Positions 54,323-64,000 of a DNA stretch of 64,000 nt are shown here, in pieces. The first letter of the stretch is position 1; each line of letters begins with the position of its first letter. Made by a program: the position numbers and the translations under genes. Source of the stretch: Octopus sinensis (Eukaryota); assembly GCF_006345805.1 (NCBI RefSeq), contig NC_043008.1, positions 558,001 to 622,000 on the forward strand, read 5' to 3'. Under the pieces are notes generated by a model. It saw only the letters and a program-made list of their open reading frames with translations. It made no database searches and had not been told where the DNA came from.

Positions 54323-54705
54323 AAAACAAGGAAGCGATGTAATTAAATATAAATATATTTAAATGATAATAAGTTTTGGCAGATCATTAAAATTTTTATT
54401 TCTTTCTTTTGCATGTAGATTCGGAAGTATAATATATGTGTCGGTTGTTTACGTCATAGTCATGACACCGTATAAAGCTCTCGGCAGTACTGGACTTTGT
54501 AGCAGTACTACCTAGAACCTATTGTATGTACGCCGATGCAAATGTGTTAACACAGAAAAAAGAAAGACGCTCTTATAATTATTGTATCACTTGTGGGGCA
54601 GGGGACATGAGAAGGCCATTGGCCTAGCATTTTCATTTTGGCTATATTGGAAACAATATAGAAATGAAGAAAGAAACAAAAAATTGTTGTCATATGCAAT
54701 TTATC

Positions 54706-55243
54706 GAAGGTGGTGAGCTGGCAGAAACGTTAGCACGCCTGGTGAAATGCTTAGCCGTATTCCGTCTGCTGTTACTTTCTGAGTTAAAATTCCGCTGAGG
54801 TCGACTTTGCCTTTCATCCTTTCGGGATCGATTAAATAAGTACCACTTACGCACTGGGGTCGATATAATCGACTTAATCCATTTGTCTGTCCTTGTTTGT
54901 CCCCTCTATGTTTAGCCCCTTGTGGGTAATAAATAAATATTTCACCCGTCGCTAGGTTCTAAGTTCAAATTCCGCCGAGGTCGACTTTACCTTTCATCCT
55001 TTTGGGGTCGATTAAATAGCCCCTTGTGGGTAATAAATAAATAAGAAACGTTCGCACGGAGGGTGAAATGCTTAGCGGTATTTTGTCAGTCTTTCCTTTC
55101 TGATTTCAAATTCCATCGAGGTGGACTTTGCCAATCATCCTTTCGAGGTTGATAAATTAAGTACCAGTTGTGTACTGGAGACGATCTAACGGACTGGCCC
55201 CTTCCTCAAAATTTTCGGGGCCTTCTGCTTAGAGTAGTAAAGA
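54706..55243 (+). mobile_element. SINE family A trimer
   Basis: Three cores within one 14-bp TSD, ATATGCAATTTATC (54692-54705, 55244-55257). Confidence 0.9.
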
Positions 55244-55269
55244 ATATGCAATTTATCAGGAAATGAATA

Positions 55270-55675
55270 CAGGCTCAGGAGTGGCTGTGTGGTAAGTAGC
55301 TTGCTAACCAACCACATGGGTTCAGTCCCACTGCGTGACATCTTGGGTAAGTGTCTTCTGCTATAGCCTCGGGCCGACCAAAGCCTTGTGAATGGATTTG
55401 GTAGACGGAAACTGAAAGAAGCCTGTCGTATATATGTATATATATATATGTATGTGTGCGTGTGTTTGTGTGTCTGTGTTTGTCTCCCTAGCATTGCTTG
55501 ACAACCGATGCTGGTGTGTTTACGTCCCCGTCACTTAGCGGTTCGGCAAAAGAGACCGATAGAATAAGTACTGGGCTTACAAAGAATAAGTCCCGGGGTC
55601 GATTTGCTCGACTAAAGGTGGTGCTCCAGCATAGCCGCAGTCAAATGACTGAAACAAGTAAAAGAGTAAAGAGTA
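55270..55675 (+). mobile_element. SINE family B, near consensus
   Basis: Complete head, core, microsatellite and tail. Confidence 0.92.
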
Positions 55676-55844
55676 ATAGTACTTACAAAGGAAATAACTC
55701 TAGGGCAATACTTACAAAGCCTTGCAAGAGTTATTTCCCATGAAATTAACCTATTGTAAAGGTTGCAAGACGCAACGAAACATTTCGTTAGAATACAGTA
55801 AATGTGTGGAAATCAGACGGCTGAGTGTGTTAAATTAATAAAAT

Positions 55845-56528
55845 ATTAATAATAATAAACATTGTGTACAGTGCTCAGGTGCACTACAACTCATCTAAAG
55901 TGCATATATAATCAGGTGTAGTTTCGACGGATTTCGGAAAGCATGAGGGCCTTAAAGGGGCAGTGTCATGGCAGTCAACAACTGACGCAGGCAGTTTATT
56001 CCATGCTTCAGCAACTCTGAGCGTGAAGAAATGTTTCCGAAAGTCATGGGAGCTGTGTTGTTTTCTGACTTTGTAGGCATGTCCACGTGTGTTAGACACA
56101 TGGAGATCAAAAAGGTGTTCAGTGTTGTTATTGGTGAGGTGGTTGACAACTTTGTGGGCGTTTACCAAGTCCGTCGCCAGACGCCGGAGCTTCAGTGAAT
56201 CCATGCCCAGGGAAACAAGGCGCTCAGAATATGGTAGGTGTCTGATGGAGGGTATGCGTTTGGTTGCACGTCTCTGAACAGATTCCAGGAGGTCAGTGTT
56301 CTCAGCAAGATAGGGGTTCCAAACTGATGATGCGAATTCCAAGTGTGGTCGTACCATAGCTGTATACAGTTTTAAATAGATGGCTGGAGAGCGGCTAACA
56401 AAAGTCTTGCTGAGTGATGCCAAGACACCCTCGGCCTTCTTGACAATTTTAGAGATATGCTTTGTCCAACGCAAATCACTGCTGACAGTGATGCCTAGGT
56501 CACGCTCGCAAAAGGATTTCTTGATATG
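55845..56528 (-). mobile_element. CR1-clade LINE 3' fragment (RT C-terminal region)
   Basis: ORF 55884..56561: ERDLGI..HISKIVKKA..LYTAMVRPHLEFASSVWNPY..LESVQRRATK..YSERL..TRGH..FFTLRV..WNKLP; short (ATT)n tail; 5' truncated. Confidence 0.92.
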
Positions 56529-56898
56529 AGGCAGTAAAAGAGAATGACTCTCCCCAGACACAATAAAATGAACTGTATAGTTATTTGATCAATCGTACTG
56601 GTTTTGTAAGGAATATGGTGGAAGTGATAGTCATCCTATTGGTCAGTTGGCGTTCAGCTCTTAAGTCTTACACCAATTGAGCAGATCTCTGAGGGAAGGC
56701 AATGCAAGCATGATCTGCCCTCAATGTTGTATTTCATTAGCTGTTGCAGTTTCCTCCTGTTTTTAGGTTTGGTTGGATAGGGCAGTATCACAATGACGAC
56801 GACGATCTTATTTTCGACATGTTTCGAAGTCTGCAAAATCTCTATGGCTCCTAGTGAGCAGTCATCGAAAAACTTGTTGTGCATTTTGTTGGAGAATT

Positions 56899-57009
56899 AA
56901 GTTCCTGGTTTTTCCTGAAGAGAAAGCTGCATAATGGACTCCTTATTCATTCGGAATTAGGGATTTTGCAGACTTCGAAACATATGTCGAAAATAAAATA
57001 AAGGAACTT
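56899..57009 (+). ncRNA. Type I hammerhead ribozyme with extended stem II
   Basis: TTTTC CTGAAGA GAA..CTGCA...TGCAG..TTC GAAA CATATG TC GAAAA; palindromic stem III, GUC site (cleavage after 56988), distal stem I AAGTTCCT/AGGAACTT. Confidence 0.78.
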
Positions 57010-57201
57010 TGTTAAATCTTCGTTCAGCTCCATTCTTTCCTATAATTAATATATTGAATTAAACTTCAAATTTCCGCACTAAGCCACGGATTTTATGCCC
57101 TATGGTCGTAACTTCAACCGTGCTTTTTCTGTTGTGAGTTTGCTACCCCGGTATCGGTTATCTTTCGAATTATCCATAATAAGATAATTCATTTGTCTAC
57201 T

Positions 57202-57258
<57 letters not shown>

Positions 57259-57348
57259 AAATGTATATGTGTATATATATACATATATATATATACATAC
57301 ATATATATATATATATTATACACACACACACACACACACACACCACAC

Positions 57349-57426
<78 letters not shown>

Positions 57427-57990
57427 TATATACATATGCATATATATTATAAGCATACCACGTTTTTATATGTAAATATAAATTAGTCTGTGTATTATTG
57501 TTATAATTATATTTATAATTGTAACGATACAAACTAATCCACTGATATAATACGTATGTACATATAAATATGTTTGAATGAAAAAATACATGTATATATA
57601 TATATTTGTGCGTGTATGTACGTGTGCATATGCATATATACGTTCCTCATGTGTATGCAGTTTCGTTCTGACATAACTGTAATAATTTTAATATATATTG
57701 ATTGCAAAATTACTATTCTTATAATTTTTAAAAATCTCTGTTTATATTCTATATTCTATATTTTATATAATATGAATAATAGAATGCATCTAGTATTAAT
57801 AATATTAGTAATAATTGATTATAGTGTATACTTATAAATGTAAATATGTATGTACATTTAAGTATATATATAAGTATTTATGTATATTTATATATGTATG
57901 TATATGTATATCTATATATATATAAGTATGTGTGTGTATTTTTATTTATTTTATATTTATATTTAATTATAACTTAACCTTATGTACTTT

Positions 57991-58120
57991 ATAATCTCTG
58001 ACGAAGCCTAGAGAAACACCCAAGTACCTCAATTCCATCTACCTATTACTTCAATCTACTGGAGTAATAAAGGTAGAATGAGGTATTTTTGCCTCTTGGC
58101 TGAAACAGCTGTAAGTTATT
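57991..58120 (+). ncRNA. Type I hammerhead ribozyme with about 100-nt stem II
   Basis: CTGACGA AGCC...GGCT GAAA CAGCTG TA. Stem II helices AGAG/CTCT, TACCTCA/TGAGGTA, TCTACC/GGTAGA and TATTACTTCA/TGGAGTAATA. Stem I has a bulge. Confidence 0.7.
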
Positions 58121-58346
58121 TTCCCAATTTATATTCCTGTATGTTATTTTGTAATAATTACTGGTATCTTTTATATATTAATATATTTTATATCTTATAT
58201 GTAAAGCATAATATATTATACATGTATGTATATTCTTGTAATTGTCATTCCAGTAAATAAATAAATAAGTTAACATAATATAATGTCTAAAAGTTGATGA
58301 ACCACCTATTAATCCCATCCATTCTCTTACTGCTCTCTCTCTCTCT

Positions 58347-58377
<31 letters not shown>

Positions 58378-59267
58378 GGCATACCATACGTACTAGTTTA
58401 GTTGGTCCCGGTTTTAAGGGTCTCTCTCTCCCGCTGTCTCGTCCAGTTAGCAAATTTGTCTCGTTCAACACTGAAATATCCAAGAATATTTAGGTCAAGA
58501 ATTTCAATGAATACCTGAAAATGTTGAAATTGTCATCGTATCTTCATCCTGCTGAGCACAAATCTTATCCAAACCATTAAATATGCTCCTGCCATAGCTC
58601 AGTTTCTGATTCCTATTACGCCTTTTTAGCAGATGTCTAGCAGATGAGCGATGCACCCACATCGTAATATCAACGTAGTTTAAAGACAGCGTATACGTAG
58701 ATTCCAGAAATAAAAATGAGTTATTCGTGATTTTGTAACACAGCAGATACTAGATAGCCGAAAGCCAATAAATATTTAGCGAACAAATAATTCTGCAAAA
58801 TATCTTGTTGTAGTTAGAACAAAGAGAATAATTCCATTCGACAGTAATGAGAAGAAAAACTCGGTCACAAGAAAAAATGTTTATATTGTAAAAATAGATA
58901 CAAGATGACACAAAGCAGGAGTCAAACGTCCCTCGAGGTAAAGATAAGAAATTCATCTTAAACGTTTAATTTAATAAATTCTCAGATAAGAGTCCGTTGA
59001 TAGCACGTGAATTACTTCAGTCACGTTAAATGTGAAATGTTTCGCGAAGTGCACAAGACAACGCGTGTGTTATCTTCTGCTCCTTAATACATGGGATTCA
59101 GAAATGTTATATAATTAATAAGACAGAATTGTAGTTCGCCGGAGGCATTGTGTATTGTTTGTGAAATGTCACGTGTCTTGAATAGCACAACAATGCAGAG
59201 TAGACTATAATAACTGTTATAATTTAATTATTCATAGTCTGATATAATAATAATATTTCGGAATATA

Positions 59268-59700
59268 AGCGCAGGAGTGGCTGTGAGGTAAGTAGCTTCC
59301 TTACCAACCACATGGTTCCGGGTTCAGTCTCACTGCGTGGCACCTTGGGCAAGTGTCTTCTACTATAGTCTCAGGCCGACCAAAGCCTTGTGACTGGATT
59401 TGGTAAACGGAAACTGAAAGAAACCCGTCTTGTGTATATATGTATATGTGTATGCATGTGTGTGTGTGTGTGTGTGGTGTGTGTGTGTGTTTGTGTGTGT
59501 GTGTTGTCTCCTCAACATCGCTTCACAACCGATGCTGGTGTGTTTACGTCCCCGTAACTTAGCGGTTCGATAAAAGAAACCGATAGAATAAGTACTGGGC
59601 TTACAAAGAATAAGTTCTGAGGTCGATTTGCTCGACTAAATACGGTGCTCCAGCATGACCGCAATCATATGACTGAAAAAAGTAAAATAAAAATTAAAAA
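59268..59700 (+). mobile_element. SINE family B
   Basis: Complete copy. Confidence 0.92.
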
Positions 59701-59771
59701 TGAAAATAAAAATTCCTTCTTTAGATATTGCTTGGAATTAATCGAGTCACTCGATTAATTTTCTAGCAATA

Positions 59772-59920
59772 ACTGAGCTCAAATTCCGCCAAGGTCGACT
59801 TTGCCTTTCATCCTTTCGGGTTCGATAAATTAAGTACCAGTTGCGTACTGGGGTGGTAGATTTAATCGACTGGTCCCCTCCCCAAAAATGTCGGGCCTTG
59901 TGCCTAGAGTAGAAAAGATT
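59772..59920 (+). mobile_element. SINE family A, 5' truncated
   Basis: Core plus GGGCCTTGTGCCTAGAGTAGAAAAG tail. Confidence 0.88.
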
Positions 59921-60164
59921 ATTCCTGGGTGTCTACTCAACATTTAACAACTTCATATAAAGGAAATTTGGCAATCATTATTGGTTTTATGCGTTCCAGC
60001 CTTGTTTGCATAAACATTATACTGCCTTTGTATTGACTGAATTCCTCACATCGGTGAGTGTTCACATTTGCTAGCCATTGTACGATCTTGATTTATAGTT
60101 GAGCTCTTTTTTCATGTAGCCACCTGATTTTTACTGATTTTTACGTCAGCTGGGTATTCACCAC

Positions 60165-60392
60165 GCAAAATTTGTCACCAAAATCACTTCGTTGCCATGT
60201 CAATTTATCGCCCGGTCAATTCGTTGCCAAGTCAATTTATCGCCCGGTCAATTCGTTGCCAAGTCACTTCGTCGCCAAGTTATTTCCTCGCTGAATCATT
60301 TGGTCGGTAAGTCATTTCGCTGCCTGGTTACTCCGTCGCCAGGTCATTTCGTGACCAGCTCACATCTTCGTCAGGACACTTCCCCCCAAGCT
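60165..60392. repeat. 15-16 bp minisatellite (GTCAMTTCGTYGCCAR)
   Basis: About 12 degenerate units. Confidence 0.8.
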
Positions 60393-61051
60393 AATCACGT
60401 CAGATTGCTTTGGAATAATTATAACTGGTGCTTAAACCGAATACAAAAATGATGCTAAGGAATTAAAAAATAAAAAAAGCAAGAGAAAAAAAGCAAAAAA
60501 GAAAAACACCATGTGAGGAATAACGAAAATTACAACGGAATGTCAAAAAGAAAACAGTGAAAATATTGATAAGAATCTTTACTTTGATAAATCTTTTTTC
60601 TTTTTATTCCTTAGAATTTTTTTACCTTTATTTTGTTTAACACATGAAAACAGTGTACACAAAACAAACCTATTCTTAGAAATGTTGATGATTGTATAAA
60701 CAAATTACAAAAACTAAAATCTATTTAAAATAGTTTATTCATGTGGAAAAATTAACAAGAACTCACACAAAAGAAACGACAGCTGAGTACAGGGGCCGAT
60801 GTAATCGACTTAGCTCTCATCCCCAGAATTGCTGGCCTTGTGCCAAAATAATCATCATCGTCGTAGTCGTAGTTGCTAAAGTGGCAATCTGGCAGAATCG
60901 CCCGTTTTTAAGATATGAGTTGAAATTCCACCAAGCTAACTTTGCCATTCATCCTTCGGAGATCGATAAAATAATTACCAAATGAGCAGCGGGGTCGATG
61001 TAATCATCTAACACAATCCCTCGTACTTACTGGTCTCGTACCAAAATTGGA

Positions 61052-61092
<41 letters not shown>

Positions 61093-61116
<24 letters not shown>

Positions 61117-61290
61117 TATGTTTGACTTTTGCTTTACATTTGCACAAGCTGGCTCCAAGTCTCACCCAGAGACCTCAAGAGACAACAAGTTGGAAGTTCA
61201 TGTTGTTGTTATGCCTAGGGTGCCATATATTTGGTTTTGTACTTAGTGTTGTACCAGTGAATGCCTAAAAAACCATACGAAAATTATTTT
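61093..61290 (-). repeat. R4/Dong-like LINE 3'UTR unit, copy 1
   Basis: Near-identical to the units at 62926 and 63190. Minus strand ends GAGGTCTCTGGGTGAGACTTGG...(AAT)n. Confidence 0.6.
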
Positions 61291-61302
61291 TTATTATTAT
61301 TA

Positions 61303-62863
61303 CTAGCAGTATCGCCCGGCATTGCTCGGGTTGTAAGGGAAATAACTATATAAGCATTTTTAGAGAGTCATAGCCAAAAAATAGCAAAAAAATGCATTAA
61401 AAATTGAAAAAAAATGAGGTAAATTTTTTTTTAAATCGTTGACACATCGTAGATATTTTTAGAGAGTTACTTCCCTTATATAAAAGCGAAAAAAATGCAT
61501 TAAAATGGAAAAATATGATGGTAAATTTTTTTTTAAATCTTAGACTCATCGTAGACGCACGCTAATACCCAGAAGGGCTCGATATGATCACGACTATAAG
61601 ATACCCGCTTTTGGTTAAACTGCACCGCAAAAATGTGGGAGTAGTTAGGAATCTAAATCGTAGAGACAGACACACAACTTCACTCTTATATAAAGATGCT
61701 TTTTTTTTCAGTCATAGAGTTAGATTTATGAAGGTCTTCAGTAGAAAATCCTTCGAATTCTGACTCGCTGCTTGATATAATGAAATTCGTATCCATTTTT
61801 TGTCAGAATTACAAATTTTGAAAACACAATAGGAACAAATTTCGGAAAAAAATCTCCCATAATTCACGGAATTAAAATTACACTTCGATTTTTGTACAAA
61901 ACTGTAGTTGAAGTGTTTACGAAGTATAATACGTGTTTTCACGAATGTACTAAAGAGATTTGCTCTGATATTCTCATTTAAATATGAATAGGTAAATTCG
62001 GGCGGCTTGGTAACTATATATAAGTGTCGTCTGTTTATACATAAACACTGTTTCATACTGCAATTATATATACATAATCTATATATAATATTATATAATA
62101 AAATATATACAGAGTAACATAAAAACTAATTTACCTTTTCTGTCCGTCCGTGTGTCTTTGCAAATGTGTTGGAATGATAAGTGAGTTGAGTTTTGGCGCC
62201 TTTTTTACTAATAACAAACACCACGTGTTTGTATGTAGTTGTATGTGTATGTAGTTGTATGTAGTTGTATATGTATGTGTATGCGTGTGTGTGAGGAATG
62301 ACACACACAGACTCACGCACGCACACATGTACATCAATGCTTTCGGAGTGATATGTTAAAATATTGAGTTTTCTCGAATTTTGTCTTAATTGGTGGTAAA
62401 ATTGAAAGAAATTTTTTATGGCATCACCCACTGAAGTACTCTGAAAAATCTTAGGTAAATTCTAATTGAAGAAATTGTGTGAGGATTAAATGGTTATGTA
62501 TTTATTTGTTTCTGTTTGCTGTGTTTTTTTTTTTTTTTTGAGTAGTGGTTTAAATACTTTCAGTTTAGTCTTCCTCAAATCACTCTGTCGCTATTTACTT
62601 TCATTTTATTCGTCGCACACTGTGTGTGTGCGTTTGCGTGTGGTGTAAACCAGACTAAGAAAAGCATTGACACACACACCAGAATGTGAGTTTTCTGTAA
62701 ATTTTGCTTAATTGGAGTTTAAATTTTAAAAACTGGACCTGGCATGACGCGATGCATTGTACTCTTAAAAATGCTAGGTAAATTGTAATTGAAGAAATCC
62801 TATATTGTAGATTTGTAAAACTCCCAAAGGGAGGCAGATAAAATCTGCCTTTTATAATAAGAG

Positions 62864-62864
<1 letters not shown>
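61303..62864 (-). mobile_element. Composite non-autonomous Helitron
   Basis: Removing it restores a perfect (TTA)n. 5' TC at 62864, hairpin plus CTAG at 61303, and an internal second 5' terminus at 61696. Confidence 0.75.
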
Positions 62865-62925
<61 letters not shown>

Positions 62926-62930
<5 letters not shown>

Positions 62931-63097
62931 TATGTTTGACTTTTGCATTACATTTATACAAGTTGGCTCCAAGTCTCACCCAGAGACCTCAAGAGACAAC
63001 AAGTTGGAAGTTCATGTTGTTGCTATGCCTAGGGTGCCATATATTTGGTTTTGTACATAGTGTTGTACTAGTGAATGCCTAAAAAACCATACGAAAA

Positions 63098-63182
<85 letters not shown>

Positions 63183-63360
63183 TATTATTATTCTATGTTT
63201 GACTTTTGCATTACATTTATACAAGTTGGCTCCAAGTCTCACCCAGAGACCTCAAGAGACAACAAGTTGGAAGTTCATGTTGTTGCTATGCCTAGGGTGC
63301 CATATATTTGGTTTTGTACATAGTGTTGTACTAGTGAATGCCTAAAAAACCATACGAAAA

Positions 63361-63440
<80 letters not shown>
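62926..63440 (-). repeat. Two further tandem 3'UTR units separated by (ATT)n
   Basis: About 175-bp units at 62926 and 63190 appear identical. Confidence 0.85.
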
Positions 63441-63441
<1 letters not shown>

Positions 63442-64000
63442 TACTATTATTATTATTAATATTATTGTTATTATTGTTGTTGTTGTTGTGTTCCAGACTT
63501 CCCGTCTACTTATTTCTCTCAAAAGCTACTGGTCGATTCGACTCTATATAAGAAAGTACTTGCTCGAAGTACCGCGCATTGGGACTGAACTGGAAACTAA
63601 GTCGTTGCTAAAACAATTTCTTAACTACACGGCTATACCTAATATCTAATTGATGTTGATTGTTATCGTTTGAATATCTCCGGAACCGCTATCGCTATGT
63701 ATATATTTACATTACGCATTAAAAGACCACCTCAGAAACACCCTTGAGAACCACTCCCAGCGTCGTTTCGACTCTAAATTGGTTCCCTTCTTCAGTAAAG
63801 AAATGGCTGCCTTTTACTCGCTCGTAATTTGAACTAAAAATTACAACCGCAGACAAGAATAACAGAATGGAATAACCGCTCGGAATCCTGAATTGGATAC
63901 CGTGGTGAAGAGTAATTGATCTAACGACGAATTCTCCTGATGCCATATATATATACATATATCATGTATATATATATATATACATGCATACGAACACACG

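Noticed and set aside
58377-58450. hAT-Blackjack-like terminal sequence
   Set aside because: Only one decayed end is visible, with no partner TIR or transposase motif.
60345-60375. Minus-strand CTGACGA...GAAA
   Set aside because: Arises from minisatellite units; no UH site or stem I.
63755-63800. Minus-strand CTGAAGA...GAAAC
   Set aside because: No closing stem II and no valid cleavage triplet.

Overview
AT-rich eukaryotic DNA saturated with microsatellites; no host protein-coding gene is recognisable. The SINE repertoire suggests a coleoid cephalopod, probably Octopus (inference). Most ORFs in the track are simple-repeat artefacts. The window holds three tRNA-derived SINE families, a 5S-rRNA-headed SINE, two DD37D (maT) mariner relics, a pogo/Tigger relic, CR1, RTE and R4/Dong LINE fragments, non-autonomous Helitrons, Penelope-like GIY-YIG relics and a possible solo LTR. 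The most notable signal is a set of about ten type I hammerhead-ribozyme (HHR) motifs. The clearest case is a 363-nt tandem, retrozyme-like array at 18061-19010. Its HHR core carries a compensatory U3-A8 pair (UUGAAAA instead of CUGANGA), and it has a Penelope-type 5' inverted segment. A diverged sibling with covarying hairpins lies near 42.7 kb. All structures were folded by eye; nothing was computed or searched.
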